A stretch of 64,000 bases of DNA from Daphnia carinata (Eukaryota), in assembly GCF_022539665.2 (NCBI RefSeq), contig NC_081331.1, positions 9,052,001-9,116,000 on the forward strand, in the 5' to 3' direction. This document shows, piece after piece, positions 21,784 to 33,715 of this stretch. The translations under genes were made by a program, and so were the position numbers. The notes beneath the pieces are model-generated. The model searched no databases, was not told the DNA's origin, and worked only from the letters and a program-made list of their open reading frames with translations. Position 1 is the stretch's first letter. Each line of letters begins with the position of its first letter.

Positions 21784-23469
21784 TTGCGATTGGGTGGTCT
21801 GCTGTTCTACCTGCTCGTCTGAACGAACGATAGCAACCGTTTCAATTGTCTGATAATTTGGATTACGTTTTGCTTGATAGTATACGCTAGTTGCTCGAGA
21901 CACGGATTTTCAACTTCCCGGTTGGTAAAGAGCGACTCTATTTCCGGCTGCAGGGGCTCAAAATTGGTTATTGACTGCAGTTTTCGTAGGTATGAGTTCC
22001 AATAAAGTTTACTCCATATGGATAGATAACTCTGACGCCTCGAGAATGAGAAGGTAATATTCTCCGTCCTCGTCTCGGGTGATGATGTCCTGTCTTGGAA
22101 TAAAATTGAAGAGTTCCTTGTCCTTCGGTAGAGTAACTTACCGCAATTCGGCGATGCTTTACGTCTGCCCCAGTGGGACAGTAAACTGCCTCGCATACGT
22201 TGTGAAAATCGTTAGCAGCTCGATTGTTGCTCCGTTTTTTTTATCGTCTTCTTGGTCTGTCCACAGGCTCTTACTTCCAAAATTGATATCAAGGATTTCA
22301 GAAATATCTTCGGTTTCGTCCAATATGCTGGCCCCAGCGGTTTGTCTGGTTCTTCGTTCAGATGTCTTGCATCAATCAGGTAAGCTGGTTCCAAATTTTT
22401 GGGTCGTTCGACAGTAACTCCATCCCTCTCTCCTTGAGGCTGCTGAGTGCTAGTGCCAGGACCGGTAACTGACTCGTTGGTGTGTGGAAAATTTTACCTT
22501 GATTCTTATAGATGCTGGAGACTCAGTTAAGTCGTAGCTAACGTCCATTGGATGGTGTAAAGCCTTGGTCACACATATGGAGAACAAGCAGTATAAATGA
22601 AAGTGAGATAGGAGTATTTTGTTTACTTGCAGTAGGCTCATAGTGGTAGACGACGACTGGTGTGGGAGGGGGGAAAACACGAATGTCAAGGCTACAAGCA
22701 AAGTAATTAATCCACAAACACTTAATTACAGAGCATTCGTCTACTTCAACTCAGAAACCTAACTACTACAGGTTTTTTGCGGAACATTTTATATAAAAAA
22801 GGAAGGTCAAGTTGGTTAGCACTTTAGGGGAGGTAGGGCATTTTTCTGTGTAAATTTAATACTTAGGTGTGAAAAAGGTCTGGGTGGGTTTTCGGAGGTT
22901 AAAGTTCTCCGTAGGAACCAAGGTCGACGTTGGGAAAAGGTTGCGGCTGGTCGTTCCTTACAATGGGCTCTTCTTCTTGAACAAACTTAAAACCGTGCTC
23001 GAGAGAAAACTAGTTTGGCTGATCTTTTAACAGGTGAATTTACAGTAGAGAAACGGGATGGTAACCTAGCATAAATGGAAGAGGCGTGTTTCAGTGTTGC
23101 AGCGGCAGCTGTACCACAAGTTTAAGTCTTAGGAGTGGCTGTCTTGACTAAAGGAGCCACATCCTCATAAGCAGTATTCGATCTTAACCTCCTTAACTGA
23201 ATTTTATCTGTCTGTAATTTAGAATTCAAAACGGGAGAAGCGGATTTTTTAATGGTCTCCGTTCTTTCCCTGAAATTTATCTGGTACAGGCGATGTTTGG
23301 GGGGATATTTTCTCAAAATTATTTAATTTGCTATTGTCTCTTTATCAATTTCAGCTTCGGGCGTACGGGAATTAGCGAAATGTTTACAGGGGTACGAAAA
23401 ATTTTAGGCCCACCAAGAATAATAACATCTGCCGTTGTGGTTGAGTTCCAAAAATCGCTGCCACCATTA
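21784..23469 (-). mobile_element. 5' internal region of the minus-strand Gypsy (PBS plus degraded ORF of unknown function)
   Basis: PBS TGGTGGCAGCG (plus 23456-23466, tRNA-Leu-like) 3 nt after an ...ACAACA LTR end; broken ORFs run toward the MULE-like insertion. Confidence 0.6.
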
Positions 23470-25615
23470 TGTTGTAAAGCATCTCCTCTGTGAGAAGGCG
23501 TACTTTACGGAATTAAGACAAATGGAAATGAATCGAACTCGGAGGCGATTTACCCACACGATGATTTATATTTATCCAAGTAGGGCCAAGCGGTACAGAA
23601 GTCAGTTTGGGATAGGACAAAAGGAGTCAGACTAAAAGAAGAGAAGTCGGAGTGTAATATGATACTGTAGTATAAGCTTACCGCGGTGGCTTGAGCGGAG
23701 CACGGGCGAGGATATAAGAGGAGACGGCGTTAACAGGAGTTCGTCGGCACGTGGGTAAACAATATGGGTGAACTGAACACTCAGGCAAGCACGTGACACA
23801 GCTCAATTCACTTGCACAGATTTATCAATGGGGGAGCACTAGCTGAACTTGAACTCCACCTGTAAGAGTCAGAGGCTCATCGACGACTGAACTTACTCAG
23901 ATCTTAGTTCACCACGAAACCTCGCATATTGCACAACAATTAACAACTGCGCAATTACATGTCGCAAGTAATGAAATTTGATACATTAAGTTGATGGTGC
24001 AATACAGATCAACGCATGAGCAGCCAATCACAATTGTTGCTAAGCGGCAAGGTGCCGATGTAATATAATACTCTACTGCGCAGTTTATATGGCGTAACAC
24101 ATGAGTCATACATAAAGAATAAACGGGAAGGCATATCGAATAAAAACATTTATTTGCTTCTTTACAATGTAAACATTCTCCCCGTAGGGTGAATGACTTT
24201 ACAGAATTAAGGCAATTAATAAGATGAAGAACACGAGAGGCGTTTTACCCATAAAGATGAATGTATTTTCTAGGCTACGGCATCGTAATACAGAAAGGGA
24301 ATTGGAATATAAGAAGACACACTATACGATGGGGAGACGTGAATGGAGATCATCGTAATACAATCTTACCGTAGTAACACGAGCGGAATAGGAGAAAAGC
24401 ACGACCAAAACGAGACGTAACACAACTGGTTAACGCTTTGACAGCACACAGACAGATATTTGAACACCCAGTGTAGATAACAACGGTTTAATGTTGACAA
24501 CACAAGATTAATAACCAAGAAAAGTCCACATGATGAATTTGAAAACAACTACTGGAATGGGAGACAATTCCTTGACTGACTTTTTTCAGTTTCCGGGTTC
24601 GCCATGAAACTTCATCGCGTTTTGGCAAAGTAGCGTATTGCTGTGTGAATATGTGCGTTGGACGTGCCGCCAATCAAAGATGTGTTTTAAATGGCGTGAT
24701 GTTGTTCACGTATGGTTTCGTCAGCTAGCAGGTGTTCATCTAATCACCGTGCTGCGCATGTTGTGTTGCAACTAATTAGTATACTTGATAAGTATTAAAT
24801 ATGCACCGAAAGGAAATATATGGAAGGTGTATATTTGGCTTCGTTACAGTACGTAGGGCTGTTGAACTAAAACTACATCGACGGTAAGGTCCAGCATCAC
24901 CTTCTTCCTCCTTCCGTCGATGGGTAGATGGGTGGGTCTCCGATGTCCTACCTCGTCCGGGTAATAGTTATCTCTTCATCCGTGTCCCGCGGCTCTCTGT
25001 GTGACAATATGTTGTATCTGGCCTCTTGTGAACGAAGAAAAATTTTCACTTGACCTACCATGGAGTTGGGTTTTGGAATAGACATTCGTTGCAAATGGGA
25101 TCTCACATCTCACGAACTTGCTACCATGTTTTAGTTCCAGGTTCAGGTTGTCAAGGTGTACGATGTTTACGAAAAATTAGCCACAACGGGGAAAAAGAAG
25201 TTAAGTTTAAGGCGTGGTTAAATCGAAAGCACTTAGGTTGCTTGTTTAGGATAACCGCAGGTTAGCTACCGCCACTTCCTTGTCCAGAGTGACGAGCTTT
25301 GTTGTTTTTTAACTGGATGTGAGAGGAGATCAGGCCACTTTTAGGGGTGTCCGCATTCTCTGAACAGCAGACAAATCTAACGCTGCTGTAGACTATAACC
25401 TACCATACACTTCCCGACCATAACATGTCAATTTTACTCTGTAGCTGATTGTTTCTCCTTGGGCGGTTGCTGACCATACGTCGAGTCACTTCGCGACTTT
25501 AAGGTTACGATGTTTACTTGTTACTGAACATAACTTGAAATAACGTAGCGTCAAAGTAAGTTTACGAACTCAACCGAAATTACTCGCGGATACTTATACG
25601 GATAGTCCCGCTACA
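23470..25615 (-). repeat. Candidate long (~2.1 kb) 5' LTR of the minus-strand Gypsy
   Basis: Inner end fixed by the PBS. Outer end inferred from TGTAGC on the minus strand at 25615 and the shift to AT-rich host sequence. No second LTR is available for comparison. Confidence 0.4.
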
Positions 25616-25756
25616 TTTAATTAAAAATGTGTGGTCATTCAAAAACTTCATAAATAAATTTACAATTTGCACAGTTCAATATGCCCTTCTTGTTAAAAAT
25701 GAATACTTGAAATGAATCTATGTACGTTTTATGTAGTTGACCGAGCATTTACACAA

Positions 25757-28700
25757 TTATTTCAAATTCACTGTACGGCTGCCACTTGAAAGATTTTTTA
25801 CTGCTGCAGAAAGCACTGCTGCTACCTCATCAGGATCGGCAAGGTTATCCTCATGCGGTGACTCTCGAATTTCAGGCATAACTCCAGGTACCACATTTCT
25901 GGTATTCTGTGGATTTCGCTTATGTTGACTCTGAATGTCCCGGAGTAATAACGTAGACAGCGCCATATTTGCAGCTACCGGCTCCGAAAGAGCTAATCCA
26001 TCCAGCGTGGTATCCGAATATGACAATTCATTCGCACTCATCCTGAAACGTTTGAAATGTTAGCTAGATTTTGAGAGTGATGAATGTGTTTGACTAAGCC
26101 AATTCCCATACCCTCCGATATAAGCGCTGTTTTCCGTGCCCACTCGAGAACCTAAAGGTCCTTCGCGTTTAGCAATTCCGCGTCCGATAACGGAATAATT
26201 TTTTGGCCGCAATGATTGAATATCACCAGACGGAGTCACCAGGCTACAAGATCTTGCTAAGCTCTGTATTAGTGATGGAATGCCTCTACCTAAAACGTTG
26301 TTACGGATATAGTATAGACTAAAATATTAAAGAAACTGAAACCGAAAATGTACTGACTTTGTGACAGCACGCTTTGTTGTACGAGAGGATTGACAATCAG
26401 TTCGTTATGAATTAAGCTCCTTAGGGCTGTTAAAAAGCCTTCTGCAACTTCAGGAGGGCGCCACTCAGGGTTCGTTAGAGCAAAATGAATAAGGGACAAT
26501 TCGATTTTCCCATCTTCCGCCTACAACCCAAAATGATTAATAAGAGCCTCTAAAGGAGAGAAAGTAAAACTTGCCTCCTCCAAGTGGTTTTCACCAGTTG
26601 GTAACGATTCATGAAACGAGCATCTCTCATCTGAAGTCAAACTCGCGTGCCACTGTGCCTGCCCGTGCTTGTGGAGATCTAGTTGAGCAAACGAACAAAC
26701 GTCGCCAACTCCAACAACGTCAACCGTAAACTGTCGTAGGAAATCCACTATTTCCTGTGCTCTAGGCCGGAGTCCGAAGTATAAAATAAATGGGGTAACC
26801 ACGGGAGATATCAGCTCTTCAAGGAGGTACACAGCTTTGTACTGAAATAATTTTGCTACACCTGCGCGCACCTAAACAAGTAATCAAATGCGAACCATGA
26901 AAGGAAAAACAACTCCGATAATAAAATTATCTTTACTTCGTTTGTATGGGCTTTATCCTTCCATTCGGCGGGTAAATAATGAACTTGTGTCAAAACTGTT
27001 TCCATCAGACTTTCAGGGCACCACACCACATTTTCTTCGGGTATTAACACGCGGCAACCTTTTACAATTCGAAAAAAAACAGCAATAAAACAAAAATTAG
27101 CCAAAAAGCGATTTTCTTTTTATGTACGTTCTTTAAATTAATAACTTTTTATAGTAAGCTAAGAGGAATGGTTAACGCTAGCACCACTACATGTAATATA
27201 AAGTATAACTAACATGAAATAATATTTTGTTAAAATCTGGACTATAACTTACCCGCAACAACAGCTCCAAGGATAGTAATTAGAGTGAGCACATGTTCAA
27301 CGGTAATGACGTCTTCATCGTAAACAGTCAAAAGCACTAAAACGGCCAAAATGGCCCCAGCCAAGAAAGCGAAATTTCGCGCAAATATAGCAACTAAGTT
27401 GGATGAAAATCCGGAAAGATAACGAGTTGCCGGTCGATAAGCTCTACTAAGACGAGCCTAAGCCATAATCACATTTTTAATTTACATTACAATTGAACCA
27501 ATATTCATACAAACGCATTACTTGTAATTCGTGGTCTAGTTCATTAAAATGCCGTAAATAGAGTCTCCCATAAATTGACCACCTACGAGTGCCAAGACTT
27601 CCGGGTTCCCTTTTCACAATTTCTGCATAACTGAAGAAGGCATAAAGTAGTTGCCATAATAATACAAGGGGTGCTAAAAGGAAATTTAGAACACCTATCC
27701 ATAAAAAGAAAAAAAAGGGATTAAAAAAATCCTATATAACAATCGTATTAAGACAAATATCAACATTCTGCTATTGGAAACAAAAATTGGTTACCCATAT
27801 ATTCGATAACTTTCGATAAATCTTTTGCCAATTCTTTTCGACGACTGGCATTTTTATAATCATCTCGCAAGTGCCAACTGTTGTCAAACGGTGCCCATGG
27901 CCCCCAAAATAGAAGAAATTCCATATTATACTTTAATCCCCGAGTAAAAAATACCGTTTCTCCAAAAATCGGTATTTTAAACTTTAGTGGAAGTACGTTT
28001 TTATTTACCATTGCAACAAGGTAATTCTTGAACCTAGATTCAAAGAAGTTGTTGCATGAAAGGAATTTTTCCTCAAGTTTATGGATTTACCTGCAAATTA
28101 CATAAGCAGTTGAATTGCATTTAAAAAAATTGCCACTTCGTATGAGTTGATATTTTCTACCTTAGTATTCGATGATAAATATCGAGTTCCGTTAGCTCGA
28201 CCTTGTGAATGCACATTTGAAATTCCTGTTGAGCTTTTCTTAATCTTTGTTGAACTTCGTGCCAAGTCAAGTTATCTAGGTCTTTGTCATCTGCAATTTT
28301 ATTTTTTTACTTTTAATTTTATTTTCAATGGATGAGTTATGCAGTTAATAACATACCTATTTGTAATGCTGATTGATAAAAGCTTCGAATCTCGGAATAC
28401 TGGAAAAAGTGGTAGATAACACTGATAAGTCTCAAAATCCAGCAGAACAACGAAACAAGGATACATGTCCACATTGTTACAGTAAACGAAGCCACACATT
28501 CCGCAGGGCCGTCCATCACATCTGGTAACTGGCAGAAAAAGGATGTCAACAAAAAAAAACATAAACGCTAAAGAAAAACGGGAAGCAACATTCATAAATA
28601 TCGAATTATTGAAAAACTTAAACTCACGGTGATTTTGGATGTGTTTGTGAAATTCGGGTCATCCCTAAAAAGTTGCAATGTAAAAGAATGAATAAATTTC

Positions 28701-29664
28701 CAAAAATATTTAGGTGCACTAGCGCAATAAACATTGCAGATATAATAAGTAATTGTGACGATTATATCTTTAGTCGCCTAACTGGAAAAGGTAAACTTTA
28801 GAATTACTGCCTTTGGTGGCTGTGCAACATAATGAATATTTTATCCTAGCGTTTTACTACTTCAGAGTCCTAGTAATTTTCCTTTCATTTGTTTGTTTAC
28901 CATGAACAAAGACATGATGTTCTTACAGTGTTTACACTAATAAAAAAAACTACTACAATTATGTACCGGAAGGATTACTAAAAATAAATAGAAATATGTT
29001 ACATGAATTTTTTAGCAGGAGAAAGAAGTTTATGTAAGATCAAATTATTGTGGATCATAATATAGCTTTTTTTTTTTTTTAACTAAGCCACAATCATCTA
29101 TCTATGCTAACTACATTAGCCACTGAAAAAAAAAACATGAAAATCTTTTGGCTCAACAATGCCACCCTTGAACAAAAATTTAAAGCAAGACATCAATAAA
29201 TGCTAAAATGGACATCAATTTCTTCAGGTTAAAAAGTAAAATAATCAAAGTTTCAGTTGTTTTCAAAAAATTATTGCTGAAAGAAGTTTTTACCTGAATA
29301 AAACTTTGTAGTTGACACATTTCAGCAAGAATGATGAAAATCCTACTATAAATGCAAACTGGAGAAGTTCAAATGACTCCTGCAGCATCATACATAGGAA
29401 ACCATGTTGCTGATGGTAATAATAGACACGAGAAAAAAATGCATCCAGATCTTCAATATGGTTCCATCTAGCTGAAATAACAAATCAGTAAATAATGACT
29501 TCGGTTTGAGACAAATTAAAGTCATGCCTTACACTTATTTTCAGGAACAATATGGATCAATACACTTTCATTACTGTTATCTTCATCTCCTTCGAGAAAT
29601 TGATGACGCTTCCCAGCAGAATTTTTCATTCTACGATCTCTTTTACTGGGAGAGCTTCATACAT
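25757..29664 (-). CDS. ATG9: Autophagy-related protein 9 (multi-exon)
   Basis: Spliced exons give LIHIVPENK..RWNHIEDLDAFFSRVYYYHQQHGF, LTWHEVQQRL..LTELDIYHRILR, FKNYLVAMVNKNVLPL..FFTRGLKYN, REPGSLGTRRWS..RHFNELDHEL, FQYKAVYLLEELISP..VGVGDVCSFA and DGKIELSLIHFALTNPEW. The ATG at 29664 is provisional; upstream exon(s) probably lie at ~35385-35700. Confidence 0.95.
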
Positions 29665-29917
29665 CGGAAGTTGAATGAATTCCCTACAACTAACACCGAG
29701 CACTGCGAGTGAAATTAAACACAATACCCCAAAATAAAAGCTTTTCAAGCCTGTTACTTTTTTTTTTTTTTTTTTTTTTGGTGTTTTCTGCAGACGAAGC
29801 CGATTCGCAGTGGGAATCGGGTGTTACAGAAATTTTGGACTAGTGTCCATTGCCACCACCAGGTTGTTTCAAATCGTTGTCAGACTGGTCGTATAAGTTG
29901 TGCGTAGTGGATGATGT

Positions 29918-32900
29918 TTAGACTTCGAGGTACAGTTTGGATTGGAGAAGAAAGTTGGCGAGGTGATCTCGGATGAGGAGCTGCCAGCCTTTGTTGATTT
30001 GTTGGTTTAGACCAAGAATATTGACTGTGTTCCAGGTAAGATTAAGTTGAGAGAGAAGTTGTTTAAGAGGAGTGTAATATGTGGAGAGATGTTCGCAGGC
30101 TGTGAGGACATGGTCTACATTTTCAATTTCAGGGCAGCCATGGCGACAGTGGGGCTGTGTATCCATATCAAATTTGCTTCTATGGGCATTCAATCTGTTG
30201 TGCCCACTTCTGAGTCGGTGGAGTGTTGTATTGATCATTATGTTTGGATGATGCCATTCTGTGGTTCCAAGCCTGGTTTTTGAGGTAACACATAGTTTCC
30301 CACATTTTTTAAGATCGTTGAGGGTTGATGTTGACCATTTGTTTTTATACAGGGCTATGATTTCGTGTGTAGATAGAGGATTGTTGATGGAGTTTTCAAG
30401 TGGGATGTTTGCTGCTTCATTGGCCAGTTTGTCAGCCTTTTCGTTGCCAGAGATGCCGACATGACTAGGGATCCAGGTAAGCTGAGTAATAGTACCTGCT
30501 GCCTTAAGACCTAATAATATGTTCCATATTTTGAGCAATACTAGGTTAGGTACATTCCTTGGGGTAGCATCGATGGCTAGAAGGGCAGCCTTAGAATCTG
30601 TGAAGATGTGTAGTTCAGTTGGGTTGGAGTCATGGAGGTAGCAGGCATCGAGGGCTGTCAGGATGCCATACAGTTCAGCTGTTTGAATGTTAGAACCTCT
30701 AGAGAGGTGCCAGGCTTTGTTCAGGTTGATGGAGGGGAAGGTGTAAGCACATGTAGTGGAATTGTTTTTGATTGAGCCGTCAGTGTATCCTGTCATTGCA
30801 GTGGAGGAGATTTGTGAGGCAATATTTCTAAATATTGCTCGGGCTTTTGGTTGGTTGGAAGAGGCGTCCGTTTTGTTCATGGGGAACCATGTCGTTTTGT
30901 GAGCGGGAATTGACCAGGGGGGCGGATTTTTTTGTTGGGCAGAGTAGTTGTGGTCTTTCTTAAAAACATTTCCCTCAATTGCCATGATGTCTTTGATAGG
31001 TGGGGCTAGGCTGGGAATGCTTCTGGGTGGCCAGGGATTGGGATTTGTGGCGTGGAACTGTGCGCGTTTATACATTGGATTTTTGTGTTTTTCCTCGAGT
31101 TTTATAAGGTAACGGGCCGCTAGCCATTTCATTCGGGTTTTTGTTGGTTCCAGCCCTAGTTCGGAGTATAGGATTTCAGTAGGGGTGGATTTTATGGAAC
31201 CCAGTATTAGGCGAATGATTCCTCGGGTGATTATGTCTATTTTTGATATGTTTGAAGGGCTGGCTCCACCATATGCGATGATTCCATAGTCAATCTTGCT
31301 TCGGATTATGGTTTTGAAGAGGATTGCTAGGGTTTGTATGCTTGGTCCATATTTTTGATTGATGATTATGCTGAAAAGGTTTCTTTTTGTTTTGCAGTTG
31401 GAGATTACTGCGTCAATGTGGGCTGACCAGTTTAGTTTTCTATCAAATGTGATGCCTAAGAATTTGGCGCTCTCAGCTGACGGAATTCTCCTGCCGTGAA
31501 TGAAGAGAAGAGGAGGCTGGGGGATGCTATGAGATCTAGAGAGCACCAGTATAGTGGATTTTTCTGGGAGGAAATCTAAACCCCACTTCTTACCCCATCT
31601 GTACAACTTATCCAGGTAAGGTTGTAGTTTATCTTCTGCCGTTGTAGCGTTTTTAGCTTGCATATAGATTGCGACATCATCAGCGTAGTGTAGGGTTGTA
31701 ATTTCGGGTGGGGGAAGGGGCAGGTCACTCATCATGACGTTGAAAAGTGTGGGGCTAAGTACAGCTCCTTGGGGGACTCCTGCGACGAGATGGCCTATGT
31801 CTGAGAGCTTATTCCCTACTCTCACTCGGCCACTTCTATCTGTGAGGAAGGATCTGATCCAGCTAAGGATAGGTCCTCTTATTTGCATTTTGGAGAGCTT
31901 AAAGATGACACCATCGCGTTGGGTGCGGTCAAAGGCCTTGGCAATGTCGAGGAATACCGCATATGTGGAGAGTCCCTTGCTAAAGCCAGTTTTAGTGTCG
32001 TTTTCAAGGGCTAGTATGTGATCCAAGGTGCTTCTACCTGGACGAAAACCGGCTTGCGAAGGCTGCAAATGGTTGTTTTCTTCTAGGTGCCAGACCAGAC
32101 GGTTCTTGATGACCCTTTCCATTGTTTTTCCTAGACATGAAGTGAGGGATATGGGGCGAAAGGATGCTGGGTCTTCTGCATTTTTGTTGGGTTTGAGGAT
32201 CGGGATTATTAGGGCTTCTTTACAGTCATTTGGGGTAGCGCCATTTGCGAGTAGGGTGTTGAAGAGGTGTCGAAGCATCTCACGGTTGTCGTAGGTGAGG
32301 TTACACAGCATTTGGTTATGCGTGAGGTCTAGGCCCATTGAATTACTTTTGCGTTTTTTAAGGGCTTGGGTAATTTCACCTGGTGTAATGGGGGAGTTGA
32401 GAGCGCTGAGGTCTGGCGATGCGATGGCTGTCCTTATGGCTTCTTTTATGTTATCTAGTTCTTCTGGGCGGTTATTGGAGTTTTCTATGAATGTATTTAG
32501 GAATATGTTGGCTTTTTCTCCGGGATCATTTATTAGAGTCCCATCACTCAGGCGGAGTGAATGCCCGTTTGCAGAGGGGGTGTGACCACGGCCGGTCATC
32601 GCTTTGGCAAATGCCCACATCGTATGCTGGTCTTTGTGCGAGGAGAGGCTGGAAATGAATATTTGCCATGATTGTTTTTTGGCATTTATTAAGGTTTTCC
32701 TTTTTAGCGCCTCAGCTTTTTTCCAGGCGATCTTTTTGTTGTCCGAGAAGGGGTCTGAGCGCCAGTCAGAGAGGGCCTTCCTGGTAGTGCGCACCTGGTT
32801 ATCGCAATCTTTATTCCACCATGGCTTGCTAGGTTCTGGTGTGATGCGATGTATAGGGGAACTCAGCTTGAAGAATGTGTGGCTGGCATCCATTAGGGCA

Positions 32901-33715
32901 TCATGGAATAGTTTGTATGTATCGTCTGGGTTTGTCTTCTCAGTGTAGTGTTTGTTGAGGAGAAATTTATGTATATGGGCATTCCAGTCAGTCCATTGCC
33001 CGTCGCGGAATATCCATCTAGGTGGGGGGACAGTTATTTCGCGGGGGGTAATTTTGGTTTTTAAGATGACGTTGAAATGGTCGCTGCCTAGGTATGGGCC
33101 TAGTGTGATGGTGGAGTCGCAAGCGATGGAGGGGGAGCAGAATGTAAGATCAATTGTTGATGTTTTCCCGGTGGTAGGGTTAATGTAAGTTCCCAGGGAG
33201 TAGGGGGTAATTAGAGCAATGTCCGGGGTTTCAATTAGGGCATTATATATAGCTTTTCCGCTTCTATTTGGGCTAGATACATTACTCCATAGCTTATGGT
33301 GGCTGTTAAAGTCACCCCCGAGTATCAGGTTGTTTTGGCGATCAAGTAGAGGTAGAATTTCTTCTTTGGTGCAATCACCTGAGGGGCAGTATGCGGAAAT
33401 TATATCGATAGCCGTGTTGTTGGAAGTGTTAATTGTGATGCCTACCGTTTCGAGTTTAGGGCTATTTGTGAGAGTCAAAGGGGCATGTGGGAGAGAGTGA
33501 TGGACAAGTATGGCAACTCCACCGCCAGGCCGGTCACTTCGACTTTTTTGGATAATTTTATAGGAGCGGAATTTAACAGAAAAGGTGTTTTTCCAGAAGG
33601 TTTCGGAGAGCAGAACGACGGAGGGTTTTTGTGTACAAAGAAAATGGCGAAATTCTTCTAAGCGGGACCTTGTGAGGCCACGCGCGTTCCACTGGATGCA
33701 TTTGAAATTGTTCAT
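29918..33715 (-). CDS. LINE ORF2: AP endonuclease, reverse transcriptase, RNase H and C-terminal CCHC
   Basis: QWNARG, LSET, GDFNSH, IDLTF, SDH (endonuclease); FRPISLTS, QAGFR, LDIAKAFD, GVPQGAVLSP, YADD (RT); YTDGS, AELYGI, FTDS, WIPSHVGISGNEKAD (RNase H); CRHGC..DHVLTAC. Confidence 0.97.
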   Translation of the reverse strand: MNNFKCIQWNARGLTRSRLEEFRHFLCTQKPSVVLLSETFWKNTFSVKFRSYKIIQKSRSDRPGGGVAILVHHSLPHAPLTLTNSPKLETVGITINTSNNTAIDIISAYCPSGDCTKEEILPLLDRQNNLILGGDFNSHHKLWSNVSSPNRSGKAIYNALIETPDIALITPYSLGTYINPTTGKTSTIDLTFCSPSIACDSTITLGPYLGSDHFNVILKTKITPREITVPPPRWIFRDGQWTDWNAHIHKFLLNKHYTEKTNPDDTYKLFHDALMDASHTFFKLSSPIHRITPEPSKPWWNKDCDNQVRTTRKALSDWRSDPFSDNKKIAWKKAEALKRKTLINAKKQSWQIFISSLSSHKDQHTMWAFAKAMTGRGHTPSANGHSLRLSDGTLINDPGEKANIFLNTFIENSNNRPEELDNIKEAIRTAIASPDLSALNSPITPGEITQALKKRKSNSMGLDLTHNQMLCNLTYDNREMLRHLFNTLLANGATPNDCKEALIIPILKPNKNAEDPASFRPISLTSCLGKTMERVIKNRLVWHLEENNHLQPSQAGFRPGRSTLDHILALENDTKTGFSKGLSTYAVFLDIAKAFDRTQRDGVIFKLSKMQIRGPILSWIRSFLTDRSGRVRVGNKLSDIGHLVAGVPQGAVLSPTLFNVMMSDLPLPPPEITTLHYADDVAIYMQAKNATTAEDKLQPYLDKLYRWGKKWGLDFLPEKSTILVLSRSHSIPQPPLLFIHGRRIPSAESAKFLGITFDRKLNWSAHIDAVISNCKTKRNLFSIIINQKYGPSIQTLAILFKTIIRSKIDYGIIAYGGASPSNISKIDIITRGIIRLILGSIKSTPTEILYSELGLEPTKTRMKWLAARYLIKLEEKHKNPMYKRAQFHATNPNPWPPRSIPSLAPPIKDIMAIEGNVFKKDHNYSAQQKNPPPWSIPAHKTTWFPMNKTDASSNQPKARAIFRNIASQISSTAMTGYTDGSIKNNSTTCAYTFPSINLNKAWHLSRGSNIQTAELYGILTALDACYLHDSNPTELHIFTDSKAALLAIDATPRNVPNLVLLKIWNILLGLKAAGTITQLTWIPSHVGISGNEKADKLANEAANIPLENSINNPLSTHEIIALYKNKWSTSTLNDLKKCGKLCVTSKTRLGTTEWHHPNIMINTTLHRLRSGHNRLNAHRSKFDMDTQPHCRHGCPEIENVDHVLTACEHLSTYYTPLKQLLSQLNLTWNTVNILGLNQQINKGWQLLIRDHLANFLLQSKLYLEV

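Noticed and set aside
22450..22701. Third env gene with signal peptide
   Set aside because: Hydrophobic, but it lies between the PBS and gag, is fragmented, and shows no envelope motifs.
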